In this document: positions 1 to 10,391 of the stretch, piece after piece
Layout: each line of letters opens with the position of its first letter
Position numbering within the stretch: position 1 is the first letter of the stretch
DNA from: Pseudomonadota bacterium
GTDB lineage: Bacteria > Pseudomonadota > Alphaproteobacteria > Sphingomonadales > Sphingomonadaceae
Direction of reading: 5' to 3'
Assembly: GCA_029779535.1 (NCBI GenBank)
Contig: JAKPAG010000117.1
Span: forward strand, 1,818-65,817
Length of the DNA stretch: 64,000 nucleotides
Program-made: the position numbers and the translations under genes
The notes under the pieces: model-generated
What the model was told of the DNA's origin: nothing
Databases searched by the model: none
What the model saw: the letters and a program-made list of their open reading frames with translations, nothing else

Positions 1-1108
<1,108 letters not shown>

Positions 1109-1109
<1 letters not shown>

Positions 1110-2239
1110 TACAGCTTGGCCCTGATCCAGTCGCCCACCAGGTCCGCCGCATTCTGGCGTTCTTCCAGCGAATCCTCGAAGTAATGCGCGCCCTTGATCA
1201 GTTCGATGCTCTTGTCCTGGCTGCCAAGGAAATCGAAGATCTTGCGCGCATCGCTGGGGAACACGCCGGTATCGGCCATGCCCTGCACCACCAACGCCGG
1301 GGTATCGTGCTTGGCGAGGTGCGGCTGGCCCTGGCAGGGTGAGGTTTCGAGGCTCCACATGTTGAGCCAGGTCTTGAGCGTGTTGGCCCGCCCGATGCTG
1401 GGGGTTCGGTTGGCAATGGCCGGATCGCCGCGATAGCACCAGTTGGGCTTGCGGTCCGACGGGTCGATGGCGGGATCGACGCAGCGGATATCGCCCCAGC
1501 AGCGGAACATCGGGAAGATCCGGTCGGGAATGCCCGCCGCATTGAGCCGGGCGAGTTCCGCCTTGGCCCAATCGGTGATCCGCTGGTTGCGCGCGCGCTG
1601 CGCGGCGCGGTAGCGGGTGATGAAGTCTTCCGAATAGGGCGGGCCGTTGTCGGGATTGAACGGATCGAGCGCGGGATCGGTGGCGACCGGATCGTTCTCG
1701 TCGATCACGGAAGCGTCCATCCAGTCGGTCAGCACTTCGGGGCGGCCCTGGTGGGCGTTGAACGAGATGTAGAGATCGCCCTTCACCAGCTGCGCCAGCG
1801 CGTCCTGGCCCACGCTGGGCAGGCGGTCGGTCAGCGTTGGCTTGATCGCTTCGGCCTGGTAGGCCCCCATCAGCGAGCCGCCGCCCGAATTGCCAAGGAT
1901 CACGATGGCTTCAACCCCGGCCTGCTCCTTCAGCCAGCGCATCCCCACGCCAATGTCGAGCACGGCGTGTTCCAGCAGGAACTGGTCCTCGAACCCGCGA
2001 TAGCGCGTGTTCCAGCCCAGGAACCCTATCCCCTGCCGCGCGAAATAGGGGGCGATGTAGTGCTCCGAAAAGTCGACGTTGTAGTGCGTCGCGATCACCG
2101 CCACCTTGGGCCGCTGCCCGGCCAGTGTCCAGTAGATCCCCTGGCACGGATGCCCGCCCGCCTGGATGCGCGGCGCGGTCGGGCTGGTCAGGCCGATGAA
2201 TTGCGCGTCGAGCCCTTCGATACCATTCGGGTCCATCAT
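1109..2239 (-). CDS. Alpha/beta hydrolase
   Basis: GNSGG nucleophile elbow, candidate catalytic Asp (ADTG) and His (GAHYF). Confidence 0.8.
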
Positions 2240-2252
2240 CTCTCTCCCTGTG

Positions 2253-3887
2253 TCAGTTGTCCGCCGCGAAGGGCAATATGTAGCCGGTCAGCCGCGCGCG
2301 GATCGCCTTCTTGTCGATCTTGCCGGTGGGGCCGAGCGGCACTTCGTCCACGAACAATACGTCGTCCGGCATCCACCAGCGCGAAATCCTGCCGTCCAGC
2401 CAGGCGATGAGGTCCGCCGCCGTGGCCGCCGCGCCGGGCTTCAGCTGGCAGATCAGCACCGGGCGTTCGTCCCACTTGGGATGGGCCACGCCGATCACGG
2501 CTGCCTGGGCCACGGCCGGGTGGCCCAGTGCGATGTTCTCGATCTCGATCGAACTGATCCATTCGCCGCCGCTCTTGATCACGTCCTTGGCGCGGTCGGT
2601 GATCTGCATGTAGCCCTGGGCATCGATGGTCGAAACGTCGCCGGTATCGAAGAAGCCCTGCTCGTCCAGCACTTCGCCGCCTTCGCCGCCGAAATAGCCC
2701 GCCGCGATGGTCGGACCCTTGATCATCAGCCGGCCCGGGGTCTTGCCATCGTGGGGCAGGCGCTGGCCCGCATCGTCAACCAGTTTCATTTCCAGCCCGC
2801 ACAGCAGCCGCCCCTGCTTGAGCTTGTAGGCCATCTGCTCGGCATCATTCATCGCCGCGACCGCCGCATTGGGAACCGAGACCGTGCCCAATGGCGAGGT
2901 TTCGGTCATCCCCCAGCCCTGGATCACGTCCACCCCGTAGGTGTCGCGAAACTTGCGGACGATCGATTCAGGGCAGGCCGAACCGCCGATCGTGACCCGT
3001 TCCAGCGTGGTAAAGCGCTTGCCGCTTTCTTCCAGGTATTGCAGCAGCATCTGCCACACGGTCGGCACGGCGGCGGAATAGGTCACGCCTTCGCTTTCGA
3101 TCAGGTTGTAGATCGATTCGCCGTCCATCCGCTGCCCCGGCAGGACCAGCTTGGCCCCCACGGCGGGCGCGGAGAACACCACGCCCCAGGCGTTGGCATG
3201 GTACATCGGCACCACCAGCAGCACCGTATCGCGCGCCGAAAGGCCCAGCGCATCGCGCTGCAAGGTCATCAGCGCGTGGATATAGTTCGAGCGGTGCGAA
3301 TAGAGCACGCCCTTGGGATTGCCGGTGGTTCCGCTGGTATAGCACAGGCCGCAGGCGGTGTTCTCGTCGAACTGGCCCCAGGCATGTTCGGCCGGGAACG
3401 GCGCGATCCAGTCGTCAAAGGCCAGCGCGGGATAAGCGGTCTCGGGCAGCGAGGCGCCATCGCAGAAGAACACCACCCGTTCGATCGAGGGGACCAGCGC
3501 CAGCAGTTCGCCCACCAGGTCCGCCAGCCCCGGATCGGCAATCAACAGGCGGTCCCCGGCGTGGTTCGCGATATAGGCGATCTGTTCCAGGAACAGCCGG
3601 GGGTTGAGCGTGTGCAGCACCGCCCCCATGCCCGACGTGCCATACCAGGCCGCCAGGTGCCGGGCGCTGTTCCAGCCCATGGTCGCCACGCGGTCCCCCG
3701 GCCTGATCCCGGCGGCGGCCAGGGCGTTCGACACGCGCTTCGCATCGGCGTGGATCCCTGCATAGGTGGCGCGCGTCACCAGCCCATCGGCATCGCGGGA
3801 AACCACTTCGCGGCTGCCGTGCCATGTGGCCGCATGGTCGAAAATCCGGTCCACCGTCAGCGGCACGGCCTGCATCAGCCCCAGCAT
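2253..3887 (-). CDS. Acyl-CoA ligase (long-chain fatty acid/DmdB-like AMP-binding enzyme)
   Basis: YTSGTTGNPKG, QGWGMTET, FDTGD and DRAKDVIKSGGEWISS motifs; GGGAGG RBS upstream. Confidence 0.9.
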   Translation of the reverse strand: MLGLMQAVPLTVDRIFDHAATWHGSREVVSRDADGLVTRATYAGIHADAKRVSNALAAAGIRPGDRVATMGWNSARHLAAWYGTSGMGAVLHTLNPRLFLEQIAYIANHAGDRLLIADPGLADLVGELLALVPSIERVVFFCDGASLPETAYPALAFDDWIAPFPAEHAWGQFDENTACGLCYTSGTTGNPKGVLYSHRSNYIHALMTLQRDALGLSARDTVLLVVPMYHANAWGVVFSAPAVGAKLVLPGQRMDGESIYNLIESEGVTYSAAVPTVWQMLLQYLEESGKRFTTLERVTIGGSACPESIVRKFRDTYGVDVIQGWGMTETSPLGTVSVPNAAVAAMNDAEQMAYKLKQGRLLCGLEMKLVDDAGQRLPHDGKTPGRLMIKGPTIAAGYFGGEGGEVLDEQGFFDTGDVSTIDAQGYMQITDRAKDVIKSGGEWISSIEIENIALGHPAVAQAAVIGVAHPKWDERPVLICQLKPGAAATAADLIAWLDGRISRWWMPDDVLFVDEVPLGPTGKIDKKAIRARLTGYILPFAADN

Positions 3888-3930
3888 CGTCAGCGCCTCT
3901 CCTCCCGGTTGATCCCGCGCTAAAGATAGT

Positions 3931-3943
3931 ATGCTAAGTAATT
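3931..3943. promoter_or_regulatory. Candidate MarR operator half-site upstream of the CoA ligase operon
   Basis: ATGCTAAGTAATT; its reverse complement AATTACTTAGCAT matches AATTACTTCGTAT at 6762-6774 at 11 of 13 positions. Confidence 0.4.
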
Positions 3944-3961
3944 CGCCGTTGCAACGCCGGT

Positions 3962-4468
3962 TCAGGCGCTGGCGTCGGTTTCCGCGGCCAGCTGGGCATT
4001 GGCTTCGGCCAGGTTGTCGATCGCGCGGCGCATCAGCTGCTGGAGCGTCTCGACTTCCTCATCGGTCATGCCGCGGGTCGCCAGCTCGTGGATTTCGGCG
4101 TTGAACGGGGCCAGCTTCAGTTCCAGCTCGCGCCCGCGCTCTGTCAGGTAGATGAAGGTCTTGCGGCGATCGTCCCTGGTCTTCTTGCGGGTGATCAGCC
4201 CGGCCTTCTCCAGCCCCTTGACCGCCACGACGGTGGTCGGCTCGCGCATCGAGACGCGCGCGCTGAGTTCGCGCTGGGTGATCCCGTCGCCGCGCCACAA
4301 CTGGCGCAGGAACCGCCATTGCCCGGCCGAGACTTCGTGAGTCAGCGTGCCCTGTTCGAGCAGGCGCGAGAACGAGCGGAACAGGATCCGGGCGAGATAG
4401 CCGATGCTGTTTTCCGGATCGGTGTAATATTCGGCCGGGTGCCGGTGGTGCTGCTTGGCAGGGTCCAA
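3962..4468 (-). CDS. MarR family transcriptional regulator
   Basis: ITQRELS...LEKAGLI.R...DDRRKT.IYLTERG winged helix; probable TTG start after AGGA. Confidence 0.85.
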   Translation of the reverse strand: MDPAKQHHRHPAEYYTDPENSIGYLARILFRSFSRLLEQGTLTHEVSAGQWRFLRQLWRGDGITQRELSARVSMREPTTVVAVKGLEKAGLITRKKTRDDRRKTFIYLTERGRELELKLAPFNAEIHELATRGMTDEEVETLQQLMRRAIDNLAEANAQLAAETDASA

Positions 4469-4580
4469 GGTGAATGTCCTTCCGTGCCGGGGCCTGGCGC
4501 CAGGCGGCGCGCCCCGGTCTTCCTGGGTGGTAGGGTGCGCCGCGCCCGCCCGCAAGGTGCCGTGCGCGCGGCGGGGCCGG

Positions 4581-5573
4581 TCAGATGCGGAACTGCTCAA
4601 GGCATTCTCCGGCAAACAGTTCTTCCACCGCCAGGCGGCGCGGCGACAGGCCCTGTTCGTGGTGATAGCGCAGGAAGGTGTCCAGCACCGCGCGGTTGCG
4701 GTCCACCCCGTATGGCCACCAGTCCGGCCCGAACAGGTCGACCGCCTGTTCCACCGCTGCGACCTGCCACGGCAGCATGGTCTTGAGCGAGGCGGTGATG
4801 CGCAGTTCCTCGTAAACGCGGGCCTGCGCCTCGGCAAAGGCCTTGAACAAGGACCGCGCGACCCAGCGGTTCGCCTCGTAAACCGCGCGGCGGATCGCCA
4901 CCACGTGCATGATCGGGAACAGGCCGGTGCGGCGGAAATAGTCCTGCTCCACGCTGACGAAATCGGGAAACAGGCGGCGCACCGCATCGGGCCGGGTGTA
5001 GAAGGTGCTGGGAATGCGCGCGGTATAGAGCGCGTCGATCTCGCCATCGGCCAGCATCTGCGAGAGGGTTTGGGTGGGGCCGATCGGATTGACCCGGAAC
5101 CGTTCGGGCAGGTCCAGCTTCAGCTTCTCCTCGCGCCCGGGCTCCTCCTCGCCGCCGGTCAGATAGGTCACGCTGGCCGGATCGACGCCGTATTCATCGG
5201 CCAGCACGCCGCGAATCCAGACCGGCGCGGTCATCTGGTATTCGGGGACGCCGATCCGTTTGCCGACCAGGTCCTGCGCCCGTTCGATCCCGCTGCGCGC
5301 CGACACGAAAATGCAGCCGTGGCGGAACATCCGCGACGGGAACACCGGGATCGCGATAAAGGCCGGATCGGGCCGCGCGAGCGAGACGCAGTAGGACGAG
5401 AGCGACATTTCCGCCGCATCGAATTCGCGGTGGCGCAGCATCCGGAAGAAGGTTTCCTCAACCTCCAGCACCTGCAGGTTGAGGTCGATCCCCTCGGGCC
5501 GCACCGTGCCATCGGCCAGGGCCTGGGTGCGGTCATAGTTCCAGCAGGCAAGCGACAGCGGCAGGCGGGTCAT
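4581..5573 (-). CDS. ophC: 4,5-dihydroxyphthalate decarboxylase family protein (OphC/Pht5-like)
   Basis: LSLACWNYDRT, EETFFRMLRHREFDAAEMSLSSY, PVFPSRMFRH, GVPEYQMTA and FPIMH family motifs; adjacent to the dehydrogenase and Rieske genes. Confidence 0.8.
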   Translation of the reverse strand: MTRLPLSLACWNYDRTQALADGTVRPEGIDLNLQVLEVEETFFRMLRHREFDAAEMSLSSYCVSLARPDPAFIAIPVFPSRMFRHGCIFVSARSGIERAQDLVGKRIGVPEYQMTAPVWIRGVLADEYGVDPASVTYLTGGEEEPGREEKLKLDLPERFRVNPIGPTQTLSQMLADGEIDALYTARIPSTFYTRPDAVRRLFPDFVSVEQDYFRRTGLFPIMHVVAIRRAVYEANRWVARSLFKAFAEAQARVYEELRITASLKTMLPWQVAAVEQAVDLFGPDWWPYGVDRNRAVLDTFLRYHHEQGLSPRRLAVEELFAGECLEQFRI

Positions 5574-6715
5574 GGCAGTCCCTGGATCAGTTCGGCGGGG
5601 TTGATGTCGCGCCCCTCGCGCGCGGAGAGCAGCAGGGCGTGGCACACGGCCAGGCTGTCCAGCCCCCAGCGCCCGTCAAGCAGGGGCGGCTGGCCGGACC
5701 GGACCGCGCGCACGAAGGCATCGGCCACATTGGCGCGCTGCACCGGCGGCAGGGGCACGGGCACGGCGCGCGGGCCGTGATCGCCGTGCACCACCACGCC
5801 CTGCGGGGCCAGTTCCAGATCGGCGCGCTCGCACAGCGCCAGCACGCTGCCAAAGCGTTCGTGCCGCTGCGGCGGCGCGGGCTCGGGCCAGCCCGCGGTA
5901 AAGGTGCGCGCCGCCTTGGCCGCCTGTTCATCCGCCCAGGCCAGCGCGGCGCGGGCGCGGGCGTGGGCCTGCGGGTCCTTCAACCCGCCCAGTTCACCCG
6001 CCCAGCCGGCCAGCGCATCGCTGTCATAGCGGGCATAGCCCGAATAGGTCAGCGTGGCCGCCGCGCCGCTGGCAAAGTGCAACTGCGCGGTAAAGGCACC
6101 CTCGCTGGCGCGCGCGTCCCAGCCGCCGGTCCAACCGCGCACCGCCACCACAGGGCTGGCGGCAAGGCGCCGGACGATGTCGACCTGGTGGGTCGCCTGG
6201 CTCAGCACCACGCCGCCGCCCAGCGCGCTGTCGCATTCGGCCGGGCGGCGCGGGCGGTAAAGGAAATCGGTGAAGTTGCGCGCCTCGATCAGCCGCGCCG
6301 CGCCCACTTCGCCCGCGGCGATCAGTCGGGCGGCCAGTTCCACCGGGGGATCGTAGCCGTGGCTGGGGCCGACCATCAGCACCGTGCCCGCCGCCTCGGC
6401 CGCCGCCACCATCGCCTGCGCTTCGGCCAGGGTCACGGCCATCGGCTTTTCGACCAGCACGTGCTTGCCCGCGCGCGCCGCGGCAATCGCGTGTGCGGCG
6501 TGATATTCGTGGGGTGAGGCGATGTAGAGCGCGTCGAACTCGCCCCAGGCCAGCAGCGCCTCCGCGCTGGCAAAGCCGCGCTTGCCCAGCCCGGCCACGG
6601 CGGCGGGATTGGGATCGCACCCGGCCACCAGGTCGATCCCGTCATGCGCGGCCAGCGCTGGCACGGTCAGCACCGCGCCGCGTCCCAGTCCCAGCACTGC
6701 CAGCCGCAAGGTCAT
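5570..6715 (-). CDS. ophB: Gfo/Idh/MocA oxidoreductase, phthalate cis-4,5-dihydrodiol dehydrogenase-like (OphB/Pht4)
   Basis: GLGRG nucleotide loop, HVLVEKPMA, QATHQVD; genomic context. Confidence 0.75.
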   Translation of the reverse strand: MTLRLAVLGLGRGAVLTVPALAAHDGIDLVAGCDPNPAAVAGLGKRGFASAEALLAWGEFDALYIASPHEYHAAHAIAAARAGKHVLVEKPMAVTLAEAQAMVAAAEAAGTVLMVGPSHGYDPPVELAARLIAAGEVGAARLIEARNFTDFLYRPRRPAECDSALGGGVVLSQATHQVDIVRRLAASPVVAVRGWTGGWDARASEGAFTAQLHFASGAAATLTYSGYARYDSDALAGWAGELGGLKDPQAHARARAALAWADEQAAKAARTFTAGWPEPAPPQRHERFGSVLALCERADLELAPQGVVVHGDHGPRAVPVPLPPVQRANVADAFVRAVRSGQPPLLDGRWGLDSLAVCHALLLSAREGRDINPAELIQGLP

Positions 6716-6764
6716 CGCGCGTCTCCTGCGGGCAATCATAGCGCGCGGCCCTTGAGATGCAAAT

Positions 6765-6782
6765 TACTTCGTATTAGAAGTA
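6765..6782. promoter_or_regulatory. Palindromic operator in the divergent ophB/Rieske promoter
   Basis: TACTTC-GTATTA-GAAGTA, a 6-6-6 inverted repeat in an AT-rich intergenic stretch. Confidence 0.55.
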
Positions 6783-6832
6783 TCCTCCGAAAGGCGCGGG
6801 CTTGCGCCGTTCCGCGCATCAGGAGATCGGCC

Positions 6833-8098
6833 ATGACCCCCCAGCAGAACGACCTGCTTTGCCGTGTCGAGGGCGATGCGCCGATGGGCCGGGTGATGCG
6901 CCGCCACTGGCTGCCCGTCTGCATGAGCGAGGAAGTGGCCGAGCCCGATGGCACCCCGCGCCGCGCCCGGCTGCTGGGGGTGGACCTGGTGGTATTCCGC
7001 GATACGCAGGGCCGGGTGGGCGTGCTGGACGAGCTGTGCCCGCACCGCCGCGCCTCGCTGGTCTATGGCCGGAACGAGGAATGTGGCCTGCGCTGCCTGT
7101 ACCACGGCTGGAAGTTCGATGTGGACGGGCGCGCGGGCGACCTGGCTTCGGAACCGGCGGACGCAAGGCTTCAGCAGACCATGCGCACCCGCGCCTATCC
7201 GGTGCGGGAGGCGGGCGGCTTCGTCTGGGCCTGGCTGGGCGATCCCGCTGCGCCCGCGCCGTTCGATCCGCCGGTCTGGGCCAGGTCCGCCAATCCGCCC
7301 GCGATCATGAAGATCCACGCCGAATGCAACTGGGCCCAGGTGCTGGAAGGCGCGATCGATTCGGCGCACAGCAGCAGCCTGCATTCCACCAACATGCCAA
7401 CCGCGCACGATGTGGCCAGTTCCACCGCGACCGGCACCGCCTGGCTGCGCCCCTCGGCCGACAAGTCGCCCCGGCTGGAAGTGGAGCGCACCCCCTATGG
7501 TTTCCGCTATGCCGCGATCCGCAAGCCGATCCACGATCCCGACAGGCAGGACTATGTCCGCACCACGCTGTTCATCGCGCCGTTTTCGGTGATGATCCCG
7601 CCGACCGACCGTTACCGGCTGAATCAGATGCTGGTCCCGCTCGATGACCTGAACTGCATGTTCTACTGGATCGCCTGGCACGAGGATCCGGCCAAGGGCA
7701 TTTCCACCGCCGACTGGCGCAAGTTCTGCGATGCGACGCCGGGCGTCGACGTTGATCCGGTGACCTTCCGCAAGTTCCGCAACAAGGCGAACGATTACCT
7801 GCAGGACCGCGCCGCAATGAAGGCGGGGGACTTTACCGGGATCATCGGCATTCCAACGCAGGACATGGCGATGTGGGAATCGATGGGGCCGATTGCTGAT
7901 CGCAGCAACGACCGGCTGGGATCGAGCGACCGGGCGATCGTCGAATTCCGCCGGCTGATGCTGGCCCAGGCCCAGGCCGCCGATGCGCCGCCGCCGCCGC
8001 AGGAGTGGCGCAACGCCGACCTGTTCACCTACGAAGGCATGGTCAGCAAGCAGGACGATTGGCGCAAGGCCAGGCCCCACCAGCCAGTGGCGGCCTGA
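6833..8098 (+). CDS. Rieske non-heme iron oxygenase, phthalate 4,5-dioxygenase oxygenase-like (OphA2/Pht3)
   Basis: CPHRRASL...CLYHGWKF Rieske ligands, EGAIDSAHSSSLH mononuclear Fe site, QDMAMWESMG; AGGAG RBS before MTPQQNDLL. Confidence 0.8.
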   Translation: MTPQQNDLLCRVEGDAPMGRVMRRHWLPVCMSEEVAEPDGTPRRARLLGVDLVVFRDTQGRVGVLDELCPHRRASLVYGRNEECGLRCLYHGWKFDVDGRAGDLASEPADARLQQTMRTRAYPVREAGGFVWAWLGDPAAPAPFDPPVWARSANPPAIMKIHAECNWAQVLEGAIDSAHSSSLHSTNMPTAHDVASSTATGTAWLRPSADKSPRLEVERTPYGFRYAAIRKPIHDPDRQDYVRTTLFIAPFSVMIPPTDRYRLNQMLVPLDDLNCMFYWIAWHEDPAKGISTADWRKFCDATPGVDVDPVTFRKFRNKANDYLQDRAAMKAGDFTGIIGIPTQDMAMWESMGPIADRSNDRLGSSDRAIVEFRRLMLAQAQAADAPPPPQEWRNADLFTYEGMVSKQDDWRKARPHQPVAA

Positions 8099-8166
8099 AA
8101 CCAGGTGGCGTAAGATGCAACGCAGGTTGATCAACTCGGCAAGGCTGCGCGCCCTGAGCGGCGGAC

Positions 8167-8203
8167 TGTCAATAATATTGACACAATCGGGTGATTACCC
8201 GAT
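8167..8203. promoter_or_regulatory. Two adjacent palindromes around a TTGACA -35 upstream of the hydrolase/HMG-CoA lyase operon
   Basis: TGTCAATA-A-TATTGACA (8167-8183, perfect 8-1-8) followed by ATCGGGT-GATT-ACCCGAT (8186-8203). Confidence 0.6.
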
Positions 8204-8310
8204 GCGGGGCTGGCGGCAGGCGCGCAAGCTGACAGGCCAGCGCCAAGGCCAGGGAGAACAACCGATGTCCGCAAGCCCTGCCGCGCGCCCGGCCGCCTGA
8301 GGAGACCCCC

Positions 8311-9453
8311 TTGAAGTACGAGCGTATTCCCTACCTGGTGCTGTTCAGCGAACAGAGCGCGTTCAAGGACACCTATGGCGGTGAAATCGGCAAGGTTTCG
8401 GTGGAATGCCACCTGCTGAAGCCCGAGCAGCCATCGGACAGCGTGGTGATCTTTTCGCACCCGATTGGCGGCGGGGCCTATCTGCCGCTGGTCGGCGCGA
8501 TCGCGCGGTTGGGGGTGCACACGATCTATTGCAACCCGCGCTACCGGGGCAACGATACCGCGCTGATCATGGAACGCGCGGTAATGAACCTGGCGGCCTG
8601 CGTGCGCGATGCGAAGGAACGGCTGGGCTACAGGAAGGTTTACCTGGGCGGCTGGTCGGGCGGCGGCTCGCTCTCGATGTTCTACCAGGCCGAAGCGCAG
8701 GACCCGCGCGTCACGCACACTCCGGCAGGCGATCCCTATGACCTGACCGCAGCCGGGTTCATCCCGGCGGACGGGGTCATGCTGCTCGCCGCGCACCTGT
8801 CGCGCAACCTGACACTGACCGAATGGATGGACCCTTCGATCGAGGACGAGGCGCGGCCCTTCGAGCGCAATCCGGCATGGAACATCTATGCCCCCGATGG
8901 CCCCAAACCGCCATTTTCGGCCGAGTTCATCGCTGAATACCGCGCACGCCAGATCGCCCGCAACCGGCGCATCACCGCCTGGGTCAAGGACCAGCTGGCG
9001 CAGCTGAAAGCAGCCGGGCACGAGAACCTGGAGCGCTGCTTCACCGTGCAGGGCACCATGGCCGACCCGCGCTGGGTGGACCCGGCGGTCGATCCGAACG
9101 ACCGCCAGCCCAACCACTGCATGCTGGGCGATCCTTTCGTGGTCAACGACGGGCCGGTGGGGCTGGCGCGGTTCACCACGCTGCGTTCGTGGCTGTCGCA
9201 GTGGTCCTATGACGACAGCCAGGCCGACGGGCTGAAATGCGCTGTGCGGATTGCCTGCCCGATGCTGGTGATCGAAAACAGCGCCGACGATGCCTGCACC
9301 CCCAGCCACGCCGCGCGGCTGATGGCGGCGGCAAGCCGGTGCGAGATCGACCACCACGTGATCCAGGGGGCGAACCACTACTACTTCGGCCAGCCCGAGC
9401 AGCAGGGCCAGGCCGCGCAAGTGGTGCGCGACTGGATCGCGGCGCAAGGATAG
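8311..9453 (+). CDS. Alpha/beta hydrolase, paralog of 1109-2239
   Basis: GWSGG elbow, ADDAC, GANHYY; TTG start after GAGGAG. Confidence 0.8.
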   Translation: MKYERIPYLVLFSEQSAFKDTYGGEIGKVSVECHLLKPEQPSDSVVIFSHPIGGGAYLPLVGAIARLGVHTIYCNPRYRGNDTALIMERAVMNLAACVRDAKERLGYRKVYLGGWSGGGSLSMFYQAEAQDPRVTHTPAGDPYDLTAAGFIPADGVMLLAAHLSRNLTLTEWMDPSIEDEARPFERNPAWNIYAPDGPKPPFSAEFIAEYRARQIARNRRITAWVKDQLAQLKAAGHENLERCFTVQGTMADPRWVDPAVDPNDRQPNHCMLGDPFVVNDGPVGLARFTTLRSWLSQWSYDDSQADGLKCAVRIACPMLVIENSADDACTPSHAARLMAAASRCEIDHHVIQGANHYYFGQPEQQGQAAQVVRDWIAAQG

Positions 9454-9467
9454 GCCAGGGCGGAAAC

Positions 9468-10391
9468 ATGACCCAATCCAGTAAAACCATCGAAATGGTC
9501 GAAGTCGGCCCGCGCGACGGGCTGCAGAACGAAGCCGTGCTGGTGTCCACCGCGCACAAGGTGGAACTGATCCGCCGTGCCATTGCCGCCGGATCGCGCC
9601 GGATCGAGGTGACCAGCTTCGTCAATCCCCGGCGCGTGCCGCAGATGGCCGATGCCGAGGAGGTGGTCGCCCGGCTCGGCGCGCCCGAAGGGGTGACCCG
9701 GATCGGGCTGGTGCTGAACGAGCGCGGCGCCGAACGGGCGCTGGCCTGCGACCTCGACCAGCTGGGCGCGGTGGCAATCGCCTCAGACCCGTTCGGGATC
9801 CGCAACCAGGGCCAGGACAGCGCCCAATCGATCGAAGTGGCCGAGCGGATCGTGGCCATGGGCCGCGCGGCGGGCAAGACCGCGCAGGTGACCATCGCGG
9901 TCGCCTTTGGCTGCCCGTTCGGGGGCGAGGTCGATCCCGCCCACGTGGTGCGCATGGCCGCCCGGCTGGCCGAGGCCGGACCGGTCGAAGTGGCGCTGGC
10001 CGATACCATCGGCGTTGCCGTGCCCGCGCAGGTTTCGCAGCTGGTGCGGGACGTGGCACGCGCCATCGCGCCGCTGCCGGTGCGGGTCCATTTCCACAAC
10101 ACCCGCAACACCGGCGTGGCCAATGTCTGGGCGGCGGTGGAAGCCGGGGCCAGGGTGGTCGATGCCTCGATCGGCGGGCTGGGCGGCTGCCCCTTCGCCC
10201 CGGGCGCGGCGGGCAACGTGGCGAGCGAGGACGTGGCCTATCTGCTGGCGCGCTCGGGCGTGGCCACGGGGCTGGACCTGGGCAAGCTGATCGAAACCGC
10301 GCGGTGGCTGGGCACCGTCATGGACAAGCCGATGCCATCGATGCTGGCCAAGGCCGGCCCTTTTCCGAAAGATGCAAACAATGACGGGTGA
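9468..10391 (+). CDS. Hydroxymethylglutaryl-CoA lyase family protein
   Basis: EVGPRDGLQNE, HFHNTRNTG and GGLGGCPFAPGAAGN motifs. Confidence 0.9.
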   Translation: MTQSSKTIEMVEVGPRDGLQNEAVLVSTAHKVELIRRAIAAGSRRIEVTSFVNPRRVPQMADAEEVVARLGAPEGVTRIGLVLNERGAERALACDLDQLGAVAIASDPFGIRNQGQDSAQSIEVAERIVAMGRAAGKTAQVTIAVAFGCPFGGEVDPAHVVRMAARLAEAGPVEVALADTIGVAVPAQVSQLVRDVARAIAPLPVRVHFHNTRNTGVANVWAAVEAGARVVDASIGGLGGCPFAPGAAGNVASEDVAYLLARSGVATGLDLGKLIETARWLGTVMDKPMPSMLAKAGPFPKDANNDG

